From Candidatus Magasanikiibacteriota bacterium (GTDB lineage: Bacteria; Patescibacteriota; Patescibacteriia; Magasanikbacterales; UBA922): a stretch of DNA of 64,000 nucleotides. The DNA lies in NCBI GenBank assembly GCA_018652595.1, contig JABIBU010000013.1, positions 93,043 through 157,042 of the forward strand. Direction: 5' to 3'. Numbering within the stretch: position 1 is the first letter of the stretch; every line of letters starts with the position of its first letter. A model generated the notes under the pieces. The model searched no databases. It was not told where the DNA came from and was given only the letters and a program-made list of their open reading frames with translations. Both the position numbers and the translations under genes were made by a program. Of this stretch, positions 9,130 to 18,426 are shown piece by piece.

Positions 9130-10329
9130 TCATTTTTTGGCAAGCTGTTGATAAATAGTATCTAAATTTTTTGTAATTTTAGTCCAATTATACTTGTTTT
9201 TGGCAACTATTCTAACCTCGCGGGCAAACTGATCCCTATCCACATCTTGAGCAAAATAATTGTAAATTGCCTCAGTCAAATCATCTGTATTATTTGGACG
9301 AACCAACACCCCACCATCTCTAGCCACAGACCTAACACCAGGTAAATCACTGGCCACCACTGGGACACCACTGGCCATAGATTCCAAAAGCACCATACCA
9401 AAAGCCTCGGCTTGGCTTACCGATGGCAATACAAATAAATCAGCCAAATTATAAAACTCAGGCAATTCTTCATTAGTGACCTTTCCAACAAACTTTACCA
9501 GACCAGACAATCCAGAAACTTTGGTCTGCATCTCAAAATCAGCACGCAAATCACCATCACCTACCAAAATACACTGAACCGGCGTTTCATTCTTTTTTAA
9601 TTTCGAAAGCGCCCTGAGTAATACTGGGACACCTTTGAAATGATGGGCCATATCCATTCCACCAACAAATAAAACTGTTGGCAACTCACTAGATAATTCT
9701 ATTTTTTCAAATAAATCTTTTGGTTTTTCTCTTGGTGCAAATCTATCCAAATCCACACCAAAAGGAAGCTCATGCCATTTTTCTGGATTGGCACGATAGA
9801 CTGCAACCGCATCACTACTTTCTATATAATCAAAGGAGCTAACCATAATGGCATCTGCTGAATTTAAAATTTTTGGCATCCAGAATTTGGAATAATACTT
9901 AAAAATCAAACCTTTCCAACCGGGTCCGCGCGTGTCCATATGATAAGTAATAACCAAAGGCTTGTCTGGATTTTTTAATTTCCATTTTCTAACAAGATTG
10001 GCAGTACCAAAAAAAGGATAGTGCAAGTGTACCAAATCAAACCCATCCAACTCTCTGCCAATTTGTGGTAAACGAGCAGCATTACCATATTGTATACTTG
10101 GCTTTAAACGTCGACCATAGTCTTGCATCTCTTCCTGCTTTTCAATATGCTCACCAACTTCTATGTCTTCTCTTCTTTCTTCAAACTTTTTTTCTTCATG
10201 GTAGTACAGTGGCGTAATGACCTCTACATCGTGCCCCAAGTCTGATAAATGACTGATTGTTTGAAACACAACATTGCCCATACCTCCGTAGTATGGTGGA
10301 TAAGTACAAACTATGTGGGCTATTTTCAT
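9130..10329 (-). CDS. GT4-family glycosyltransferase (GT-B fold). Start moved to MKIAHIV... to avoid overlap with the upstream small ORF.
   Basis: C-terminal GT4 signature EAFGMVLLESMASGVPVVASDLPG. The ORF-track start (10404) overlaps the neighbouring gene by 60 nt. Confidence 0.75.
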   Translation of the reverse strand: MKIAHIVCTYPPYYGGMGNVVFQTISHLSDLGHDVEVITPLYYHEEKKFEERREDIEVGEHIEKQEEMQDYGRRLKPSIQYGNAARLPQIGRELDGFDLVHLHYPFFGTANLVRKWKLKNPDKPLVITYHMDTRGPGWKGLIFKYYSKFWMPKILNSADAIMVSSFDYIESSDAVAVYRANPEKWHELPFGVDLDRFAPREKPKDLFEKIELSSELPTVLFVGGMDMAHHFKGVPVLLRALSKLKKNETPVQCILVGDGDLRADFEMQTKVSGLSGLVKFVGKVTNEELPEFYNLADLFVLPSVSQAEAFGMVLLESMASGVPVVASDLPGVRSVARDGGVLVRPNNTDDLTEAIYNYFAQDVDRDQFAREVRIVAKNKYNWTKITKNLDTIYQQLAKK

Positions 10330-10342
10330 AAAATCAGCTCTA

Positions 10343-10669
10343 TTAAACACTATCCAAACTATCTTTTCTAACCACTTTAGTAATATCTCGCCCAATTGAC
10401 TCAATCTTTACATGCAATCGAAACAAAATAAAAAATATTATTGCCAGAGATACGTATAGTACTAGATCTGTTCCACGGCCAATACCTAAATAATTAGCCA
10501 ACTTTACAGTACTCTCAGGCCACCAAACAAAGATTGAGGCTAGTAACCAAAATACCACCCAAAAAATCGTACCTTTTGGGCCGAGTAAACTTTCCTTTTT
10601 CTTTTTTAAAACAGAAACTATCGCAAACAATGCGAAAGCTGTAAATAAAGTTTGGAATAATATAAGCAT
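10343..10669 (-). CDS. Small membrane protein (DUF2304-like) coupled to the polyprenol-phosphate GT2
   Basis: 108 aa with 3 TM helices. Its position immediately downstream of a DPM1-like GT2 is the usual GT2-DUF2304 pairing. Confidence 0.5.
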   Translation of the reverse strand: MLILFQTLFTAFALFAIVSVLKKKKESLLGPKGTIFWVVFWLLASIFVWWPESTVKLANYLGIGRGTDLVLYVSLAIIFFILFRLHVKIESIGRDITKVVRKDSLDSV

Positions 10670-10701
10670 AAATCAAGTCTTAAGTTATAAGTTTTAAATT
10701 A

Positions 10702-11361
10702 TTATCTCAAAAACTTCCCAAATACCAAATCTTTCACAACACCCAAACCATGTATCAATCCACCGCCATATTCATGGTACACTACTCGAACAGGATACTC
10801 AACATATTTTAAATCAAGCTTCTTGGCTTTGGCTGGAATCTCGGTAGCATGAGCCATTCTATCTTGTTCTATTTTTATCTGCTCTAGCGCTTTTCTATTT
10901 AAGATTCTAAAGCCATTGTGAATATCTGTCAAATTAACCCCACCAAATAATTTATTAAATAACCTAGCTGGTGGGAATAAAATATATTTTTTGAGCCAAG
11001 GAATTTTTGTTCTATCATCCAAAAATCTGGAACCAAACAATATATCAGAATTGGTTTTCTTTAGCTCTTCTAAAGCTGGTACAATATCACCCACATCAAA
11101 TTGCCCGTCACCATCAAAATGTAGTACATAATCAGCATTGTTTTTTAAGGCATAATCATGACCAGTTTGCAAAGCTGCCCCCTGACCACGATTTATTTTG
11201 TGTTGCAATACAGTGGCACCAGCCTTACTTGCATTTTCAATAGTTTTATCTTCTGAATTATCATCCACTACTACAACCTTATCAGTATGACCAAAAAGGC
11301 TCTGGACGACAGAGCCAATATTATTTTCTTCATTATATGCCGGAACTATCACTACAAACAT
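10702..11361 (-). CDS. GT2 polyprenol-monophosphate glycosyltransferase (DPM1/GtrB-like)
   Basis: VVIVPAYNEENNI...VVVVDDNSEDKT...DGDGQ: a GT-A fold with the DxD region, about 220 aa. Confidence 0.8.
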   Translation of the reverse strand: MFVVIVPAYNEENNIGSVVQSLFGHTDKVVVVDDNSEDKTIENASKAGATVLQHKINRGQGAALQTGHDYALKNNADYVLHFDGDGQFDVGDIVPALEELKKTNSDILFGSRFLDDRTKIPWLKKYILFPPARLFNKLFGGVNLTDIHNGFRILNRKALEQIKIEQDRMAHATEIPAKAKKLDLKYVEYPVRVVYHEYGGGLIHGLGVVKDLVFGKFLR

Positions 11362-11376
11362 ATTTATTATTCACTA

Positions 11377-12393
11377 TTAACCCCCCAACATCTCTTTATT
11401 AGCTATTGTATAATCAATTGTCTTTTTCAAACCATCTTCCAAAAGGATCAAAGGAATCCACCCCAAATCTTCTTTTGCGCGTGTCAAATTTGGTATTCCT
11501 TTTGGTGTCAAAAATACCAGAGGATCCTCTGTGACGACTTGTGAAGATGAGTCTGTCATCTCAATTATCTTGCGGGCCACATCGCCTATCTTTATAGGCC
11601 TATCGTGACCCAAATTCACCAAAGACATTTCTGGTCCAGTCCTCATAAGTCGCACAATACCATCCACCATATCAGTAACATAACAAAGAGACTGTTCCAT
11701 ATCCTCAGTTCCATAAATCACCAAATCCTTGCCCTCAAGAGCGGCAATAATAAAATCCGGAATCAAAAAACCGTCACGCAATTTCATACGAGGCCCAAAA
11801 GTAGTAAATACACGCGCAATTTTTGCGTCTAAACCATAAACTTGACGGTATGTCTCAACACAGGTCTCTGCAAAACGCTTTCCCTCGTCATAACACCCTC
11901 GTGGAGACAGATGATTTACTATCCCCTCATCCTCTTCTTTAAAAACACTGTGCCCCTCTCTAGGTGGTCCATAAATAACTGAACTGGAAGCAAAAACATA
12001 CTTTGCCTTGTGTTTTACTGCAAGATCCAAAGTAGAGATCATTCCATTGGAATTTGCCCACAGAGAATTTAGTTTTAATTTTTCAAAATTCTTTGGGCTA
12101 GTTGGGCAAGCGAGGTGATAAATTTCTTGAATACCTTGAAATTTTACTTTAAATTTTGCCAACTCTTCAAAATCGTCCAGATCTATCTTTTTATTTGTAT
12201 CATATTTTATAAATTCAAAATCAGGATATTGTAAAAGATGTTCAATATTATTAATTTTGGAATTGGACAAATCATCCATGCAAATTACTTTGGCCTCTTT
12301 CAAAAGACGCTCACATAAATGTGAACCCAAAAATCCAGCCCCACCAGTAACAAGCACATTCTTTTTTTCAAAAATTGGTGTTTCTCCTATCAT
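11377..12393 (-). CDS. NAD-dependent epimerase/dehydratase, UDP-glucuronate decarboxylase (UXS)-like
   Basis: GxxGxxG (VTGGAGFLGSHL), YxxxK, and TTFGPRMKLRDGFLIPDFI, which resembles the UXS NTYGPRM...GRVVSNFI block. Confidence 0.65.
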   Translation of the reverse strand: MIGETPIFEKKNVLVTGGAGFLGSHLCERLLKEAKVICMDDLSNSKINNIEHLLQYPDFEFIKYDTNKKIDLDDFEELAKFKVKFQGIQEIYHLACPTSPKNFEKLKLNSLWANSNGMISTLDLAVKHKAKYVFASSSVIYGPPREGHSVFKEEDEGIVNHLSPRGCYDEGKRFAETCVETYRQVYGLDAKIARVFTTFGPRMKLRDGFLIPDFIIAALEGKDLVIYGTEDMEQSLCYVTDMVDGIVRLMRTGPEMSLVNLGHDRPIKIGDVARKIIEMTDSSSQVVTEDPLVFLTPKGIPNLTRAKEDLGWIPLILLEDGLKKTIDYTIANKEMLGG

Positions 12394-12452
12394 ATTTTTA
12401 TGTTATCTTTTTATATATTAAATTATACCACATTGCTAATATGTCAACAATT

Positions 12453-14426
12453 TTAATAAGTTAACAATTCAAGATTTACATGACCCAAGCCTTCAAAAGG
12501 TTCCCACTCTGCTATTTTTTTTGCTCTATATGTCCAAACTCGCATCGGCTGATCACCTTTTTTTGCATAGACTGCTACATCGTCTTTGTTGTCTCCGTCA
12601 TAGTCTATAATATCTATATCTAGAGCCCCTATATAATTTAAATTATAAGGTGAAAACTTACGCTTCAGTTTACCATTGCTCTCCAAAAATAACAAAAATG
12701 CTGATTCTTTTTCTCCACCAGTCAAAACAAACTCATCGTCACCATCATTGTCTACGTCCCCAACAGTAATATCACCCCTATCATTAAAATATTTTATTTC
12801 TACACTCTTCAACAAACTTCCATTACCACGATATTTTTCTAATTTTAGGGAATTACTTTTGTAGTACACCACCACGTCATATTTTCCAGCGCTTCTTTTG
12901 TATAAATCTAGCGAAACACCTTTGTGGTTTTTTTCTAGATCAACTTTTTTCAGTAATTTTCCTTCCAGATTGTAAACCTGAAATAAATTCTTTGATTTAT
13001 TTTTTGGGGCAATAATTATCTCTTTATTACTATCACCATAAACATCTCCGACCACAATACTTTGCCCACCCTCAGCAGAGACTCTAAAACCACCAATCTG
13101 ATCACCTAATTTATTTTTTGTCAAAATTTCTATCTGACCCTCTACAAATGAATCTCTCGCTACTACAAATAAGTCAGCACCTGACTTTTTATAAACCGCC
13201 ACATCATAAATATCTTTCAAAAATAACTTATCATCCGAAAAACCGCGGTTATCTATCTTTTGATCCCAACTAGATCCAGTGTCTGTATTGAATGAAAGAA
13301 TGTGATTAAATTTAGAACCACCATTCAAAAAACCAGCAGCATACTTAACAGCCTCATTTGCTTGCACAAAACCAGCACCAAAAAGTTGAGCATAACCCTC
13401 AACATCATCATTTGGAGTACGGTGTACTGTGCTAATCAAGGCTTCCATGATCTCTATTGGATTCCAACTAGGTTGCAGACTCTTTACCAATGCCGCTACC
13501 CCACTTATAATTGGTGCTGCGAAAGAAGTTCCATTCCAACCACCCATATAACGATCTTTCAATCCATTGGTAGGTGAAAACCTAACCGTAGTAGAAATAT
13601 TGGCTCCAGGAGCAGTTATATCTATACAGTCTGATCCCGTATTAGAGAAGGATGTTAAATGGTGTTTTTCATTGGTAGCACTGACTCCAAATACTGTCTG
13701 GATATCACTACCAGAATCAAAGCATATTGGATAAAGAGAGTTGTCACCATTTAGAGAATATGAATTATTTCCAGCGGCCGCGACCACTAGTACATTCTTT
13801 TCGTAGGCATAATCAACCGCATCTTTCATTTCTTCTGTATAGTACCCAACCATGCTGATATTTATTATATCTGCTCCATTGTCTACTGCATAGCGAATTG
13901 CCTCATCCATAGTATCTAGGCTTCCAGAGCCAAGATTGCCCAAAACTTTTATATTCATTAGCTTGACTCTCCAATTTATCCCAACTCCATCTTTTTTGTT
14001 ATCTCCCCTAGCCCCTATCAGTCCCGCCACCATAGTACCGTGACTAAAAATCTGTTTAGATATTTCAGACTCATCCAAATTATCTACTTTCGGCCTAGGA
14101 TCATTATTATCATCAGCAAAATTCCAACCATAGACATCATCTATATATCCGTTATCGTCATCATCTAGACCGTTATTTTTTATCTCATCATTATTTATCC
14201 ACAAATTATCGCGCAAATCAGGATGAAAACTGTCAAAACCATTGTCAATTATGGCGACTATCACTTCGTCTGATCCAACAGTATAGTCCCAAGCTTCATA
14301 AAGGCCAATATCCTTATAGGCCCACTGATATACAAAAGGATCGTTTGGTTCTAGAGCCAAACAAAAACTAGGCATTAAAAAAATGCTTATTACCAAAAAT
14401 GATATTGATTTGTAATATTTAAACAT
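12453..14426 (-). CDS. Secreted subtilisin-like serine protease (S8) with C-terminal FG-GAP/VCBS-like repeats
   Basis: Signal peptide, catalytic triad motifs VAIIDNGFD / HGTMVAG / GTSFAAPIISG, and C-terminal VGDVDNDGDDE repeats. Confidence 0.85.
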   Translation of the reverse strand: MFKYYKSISFLVISIFLMPSFCLALEPNDPFVYQWAYKDIGLYEAWDYTVGSDEVIVAIIDNGFDSFHPDLRDNLWINNDEIKNNGLDDDDNGYIDDVYGWNFADDNNDPRPKVDNLDESEISKQIFSHGTMVAGLIGARGDNKKDGVGINWRVKLMNIKVLGNLGSGSLDTMDEAIRYAVDNGADIINISMVGYYTEEMKDAVDYAYEKNVLVVAAAGNNSYSLNGDNSLYPICFDSGSDIQTVFGVSATNEKHHLTSFSNTGSDCIDITAPGANISTTVRFSPTNGLKDRYMGGWNGTSFAAPIISGVAALVKSLQPSWNPIEIMEALISTVHRTPNDDVEGYAQLFGAGFVQANEAVKYAAGFLNGGSKFNHILSFNTDTGSSWDQKIDNRGFSDDKLFLKDIYDVAVYKKSGADLFVVARDSFVEGQIEILTKNKLGDQIGGFRVSAEGGQSIVVGDVYGDSNKEIIIAPKNKSKNLFQVYNLEGKLLKKVDLEKNHKGVSLDLYKRSAGKYDVVVYYKSNSLKLEKYRGNGSLLKSVEIKYFNDRGDITVGDVDNDGDDEFVLTGGEKESAFLLFLESNGKLKRKFSPYNLNYIGALDIDIIDYDGDNKDDVAVYAKKGDQPMRVWTYRAKKIAEWEPFEGLGHVNLELLTY

Positions 14427-14433
14427 TTTAAAA

Positions 14434-15960
14434 TTATAAATTACTTAGATTTCCTTCTTTACTTACGCGCTGTGGAATAGATATTTTCTGGTCTCCCATG
14501 CTTACATTACCTGAATTACTAAAAGGTACAGTAATTGGTGATTTAACAATAAACTTAGCTTGGAAGTTATTAGATTTAAAACGCTTATCACTAGACTTAC
14601 TAGACACATAACGATAGGATCCTTCGTGATCACGATAGTAATATTTGTTATTTTTTCTAACTAGCGTACCTTTGGCATATTCATAAGTACCAGCACCTGC
14701 CTCAGTTATTGCACTTACCCCAACTGGTGAAAAACCACTGACCACTTCCACCCCGTCTTTAAAGCCATCATTATCACTATCATCGTCTACCGGATCAGAA
14801 AACCAATAAAAAATTTCTTCATAATCGGACAAACCATCAGAATCCGTATCTTTATTGTGATCACTAGAACCATATACATCTTCTGTGCTATCCTCTACTC
14901 CATCTTTATCGCTATCAGTATAATCTTCGTCTTCACCTAATAAATAGTGTGGATAATTGACTTTATAATAACTTTTTAAGACTAGATCTAACTCTAAAAT
15001 TCTGTTTGACCAATTTACCCCATAAATAAGACTGGCTTCTGCCTCTGAACGCAATAGTCTCAATTGGCAACCAGGTTCCACTGCATATACATGTGGCAAA
15101 CTTTTAAATTTTACCAACCAGGTACCCTGCCTCACACAAACAGGAGACCCAACTTTATATTGACTTAATTTTGAATTACTAACATATTGTATTTTGTCAA
15201 AATTTTCATGCCAAGAATGATAGATAGCACCATTGAAAAATGGATGGATCCTTCCATCATATCCCAAATAATAAACGGTGCTTACCTGCCCTTTGAGCAA
15301 GGTACCCTCTGAGATATAATAACCTGGCTGTTCATATCTAATTTCTTTTTTTATTGTTTTTGTCTCACCTCTGATATCCTTAAATTGAACAAATACTTCC
15401 TTGTCGCCAGTTTCTGCAGTTAAAATCCAGGCAGCAGTATCTTCTATCCACAACCAACTAGAATCTGAAAAATCGTTTGAATTGCTTATTCTAATTTTTT
15501 CTACTCCAGGTGACCAATCTAAATTTAATTGTATATAACGAGAATCAACAATCCCGTCACTCTCTTCGTCATCACCACCATCATCAACAATTTCGAAATC
15601 AACGGACATATTAATTGGTGAAGATAATAGTATATAATCCCGATAAATACCGGAAATATCGTTATCCTTGGTTTTAAATCGAACATATACAGTCTGATAC
15701 CCGCTACCATATTCCAAATACCATACTTTAGAAGTTTTGAAGGACTCCCAATTGGAACCGGAAAAATCAGCTATATTCGATATTCTCATCTCCTTAACAT
15801 TTTCTGGTCCTTTTAGGTATAGGTTTACTTTTCTAGCCTGAGTAGAAAGACTGCCTTTGTTAATTCGAACATATGGCTCTTCTACTGCCAAAACCCGAAA
15901 AACACCGCCAAAAACACAGGTAAATAAAATTAAGCAAAGAAAGACTTGATTTTTCTTCAT
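14434..15960 (-). CDS. Secreted protein with TSP3/dockerin-like acidic Ca-binding repeats
   Basis: Signal peptide and repeated DxDxDGxxD motifs (DSDGLSDYEE, DSDNDGFKDG). Confidence 0.45.
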   Translation of the reverse strand: MKKNQVFLCLILFTCVFGGVFRVLAVEEPYVRINKGSLSTQARKVNLYLKGPENVKEMRISNIADFSGSNWESFKTSKVWYLEYGSGYQTVYVRFKTKDNDISGIYRDYILLSSPINMSVDFEIVDDGGDDEESDGIVDSRYIQLNLDWSPGVEKIRISNSNDFSDSSWLWIEDTAAWILTAETGDKEVFVQFKDIRGETKTIKKEIRYEQPGYYISEGTLLKGQVSTVYYLGYDGRIHPFFNGAIYHSWHENFDKIQYVSNSKLSQYKVGSPVCVRQGTWLVKFKSLPHVYAVEPGCQLRLLRSEAEASLIYGVNWSNRILELDLVLKSYYKVNYPHYLLGEDEDYTDSDKDGVEDSTEDVYGSSDHNKDTDSDGLSDYEEIFYWFSDPVDDDSDNDGFKDGVEVVSGFSPVGVSAITEAGAGTYEYAKGTLVRKNNKYYYRDHEGSYRYVSSKSSDKRFKSNNFQAKFIVKSPITVPFSNSGNVSMGDQKISIPQRVSKEGNLSNL

Positions 15961-16023
15961 ATATATGCTAATATTAAATTGTTTTATGGTATAATTATAC
16001 CAAAAGTAACCACAAAATACAAT

Positions 16024-17412
16024 ATGAAAATTGTCTATAGGATAAAGCAGTTGATGTTAGGAAGTGGAGACTTCCTTGCTTTTGTTGTCGCATTTTGGCT
16101 AAGTCTAACAATTAGAAATTGGCAAATACCAAACTGGGAGAGACTTGAAGCTCATTTGAGCCTATTCTTCTTCCTTTTCTTGGTTTGGATAGTGGTCAAC
16201 TTTATTAATGGACTTTATGATTTGGGAAAGCTAAAAAATAAAGAAATTACTCGTCATTTTATAGAAGCCGGATTGATTTCACTAGTCTTAAGCTTTGTAC
16301 TCTCTTATATAATTCCGCACAAAGGTATCGAACCAAAAACAATTCTGATTTTGAATATTCTATTCGGATATATTCTTAGCTGGTCATGGCGACTAATCTA
16401 CAACAAATATATTGGACTAAAACGACTTAATAGCAATGTAATGTTTATTGGTTTCAATGAAGAAGCCAAGGAGCTTGTAGATATTTTACAAAATAATTTA
16501 GAGACTGGCTATAAAATTGCATGTCTAATTGATCCAGAAAACAAAGTGAAGTCTGTTGACTACCCATTTTTTGATGTTTATCACAATCTGAAGGCTATCC
16601 GACCAGCAGTGACTAATCATAGTATAGATCTGGTTGTAATTGCACCACACCTAAACAAACAAAAAGATACTTTGGGTGAAGTCTATGAGCTACTATTTTG
16701 GGGCACACAAATTTATGACATGCCAAATTTTTATGAAACAATCACTGGACGCATTACACCTTCTGTTTTTTCAGAAGGATGGTTTTTGGAAAACTTAAAA
16801 AATAAATATCACCCTATTTATGAAAAACTAAAAGCAGTTGTTGACGTAATAATCGGAATTATTATTGGCTTAATTACCATACTACTATTACCACTAATTG
16901 CTTTGGGCATAAAAACAAGCTCACCAGGTCCGATTTTCTACAAACAAAAAAGAATTGGCCAAGGAGGAGTAATATTTTCTCTTTATAAATTTCGCTCCAT
17001 GTATGCCCTAACAGATGACGGCGGAGCTGAGACAGGAGGGGCGCAATTTGCCATAAAAGATGACAAACGGGTAACTAGAGTAGGAAAATTTTTGAGAAAA
17101 TCTAGATTGGACGAAATACCTCAATTTATAAATCTTCTGAAACGTGATATCACCTTAATTGGGCCCAGACCAGAAAGACCTGAAATAGTGAAGCAACTAG
17201 AAAGCCAAATGCCATTTTACTCTCTTCGTCACATGGTAAAACCAGGACTAACTGGTTGGGCAGTGATTAACCAGCACTACACTGATACCTTAGAAAAATC
17301 TCTACAAAAAATCCAATATGACTTGTACTACATAAAAAATCAAGGCTTTCTGCTTGATTTATCAATACTGCTTAGAACAGTCAATGTTATTTTGAGAATG
17401 ATGGGACAATAG
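16024..17412 (+). CDS. Initiating polyprenyl-phosphate hexose-1-phosphate transferase (WbaP/WcaJ family bacterial sugar transferase)
   Basis: N-terminal TM helices plus a C-terminal bacterial sugar transferase domain (SPGPIFYKQKRIG..G..F.LYKFRSM...DEIPQFINLLKRDITLIGPRPERPE). Start set at MKIVYRIK (16024), because the track start overlaps the divergent gene. Confidence 0.85.
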   Translation: MKIVYRIKQLMLGSGDFLAFVVAFWLSLTIRNWQIPNWERLEAHLSLFFFLFLVWIVVNFINGLYDLGKLKNKEITRHFIEAGLISLVLSFVLSYIIPHKGIEPKTILILNILFGYILSWSWRLIYNKYIGLKRLNSNVMFIGFNEEAKELVDILQNNLETGYKIACLIDPENKVKSVDYPFFDVYHNLKAIRPAVTNHSIDLVVIAPHLNKQKDTLGEVYELLFWGTQIYDMPNFYETITGRITPSVFSEGWFLENLKNKYHPIYEKLKAVVDVIIGIIIGLITILLLPLIALGIKTSSPGPIFYKQKRIGQGGVIFSLYKFRSMYALTDDGGAETGGAQFAIKDDKRVTRVGKFLRKSRLDEIPQFINLLKRDITLIGPRPERPEIVKQLESQMPFYSLRHMVKPGLTGWAVINQHYTDTLEKSLQKIQYDLYYIKNQGFLLDLSILLRTVNVILRMMGQ

Positions 17413-17462
17413 TCACTGGATCACCCTATTACCAAATCACTTAATCACATCGATAATTAATA

Positions 17463-17484
17463 AAACTGCCGACTTGGCAGTTTT
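17463..17484. terminator. Bidirectional terminator hairpin between convergent genes
   Basis: aaaACTGCCgactTGGCAGTttta. Confidence 0.55.
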
Positions 17485-17507
17485 ATTGTGATAGGGTGAT
17501 AAGGTGA

Positions 17508-18413
17508 TTAAGTGATATTCCATTCTTCTTTCAGATTTTTAATTCCCTCTTCAAGCCCTATCGTCGGTCCCCAATCTAGTAGTTTTTTTGCTTTAGTATT
17601 GTCAGCCTCTATAAATTTCATCTCACCTGGTCTTTCATCAACATTTACAGATTCACCACCAATCAATTCTGCTATTTCATTTACACTGGTTTGCACTCCT
17701 GAACCAATATTTACTCCCCTACCATCGCTGATATCTGACTGCCAAGCTTTGATATTAGCTTCTACCACATCACTAACGTAAACATAGTCTCTAGTTTGTT
17801 TTCCGTCACCAACAATTGTTAATTTCTCTCCTCTTTTCTTTTGTCCTAAAAATATTGGAACTACCATTGGATATGAACCAGTATCCAATTTACGAGGACC
17901 GAACACATTAAAATACCTTAGGCACACCGCGTCAAGATCAAATAGCTGGTGGAATAAACGACAATAATTCTCCCCCATTAATTTGTGAAGTGCATATGGG
18001 TTCATTGGATCTGTAGAATGTTTTTCTGTGATTGGTAATTTTTCTTGATCACCATAAATAGCACAAGAAGAAGAAAAAATTACCTTCTTAACATTTGACT
18101 CTTTGGCAGCTAGCAAAATATTTAAAGTGCCTGTTACATTAATCTCATGAGTACTTATTGGATCTTCAATTGAAGTTTGCAACCTAGGATCAGCGGCTAG
18201 ATGAAAGACAACCTCTACATCTTTAAATAATTTCTTAATTTTTTCTAGATTACGTATGTCTGCTTTGTAAAATTTTGATTGTTTATTAATAAATTCCTTT
18301 TTGCCGAGCATCAAATTATCTATGACTATAACATCATGACCTAATTCTATTAATTTGTCTACCAAATGTGAGCCAATAAAACCAGCCCCACCTGTTACCA
18401 AACATTTTGACAT
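17508..18413 (-). CDS. NAD-dependent nucleotide-sugar epimerase (GalE/UDP-hexose 4-epimerase-like)
   Basis: CLVTGGAGFIGSHLVDKL, a YxxxK motif, and 301 aa. Confidence 0.75.
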   Translation of the reverse strand: MSKCLVTGGAGFIGSHLVDKLIELGHDVIVIDNLMLGKKEFINKQSKFYKADIRNLEKIKKLFKDVEVVFHLAADPRLQTSIEDPISTHEINVTGTLNILLAAKESNVKKVIFSSSCAIYGDQEKLPITEKHSTDPMNPYALHKLMGENYCRLFHQLFDLDAVCLRYFNVFGPRKLDTGSYPMVVPIFLGQKKRGEKLTIVGDGKQTRDYVYVSDVVEANIKAWQSDISDGRGVNIGSGVQTSVNEIAELIGGESVNVDERPGEMKFIEADNTKAKKLLDWGPTIGLEEGIKNLKEEWNIT

Positions 18414-18426
18414 ATATTTATTTTAA

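Noticed and set aside
15946-16023. Annotated start of the WbaP-like gene at 15946
   Set aside because: That start would overlap the start codon of the divergent minus-strand gene. An internal ATG (16024) gives a standard N-terminus.
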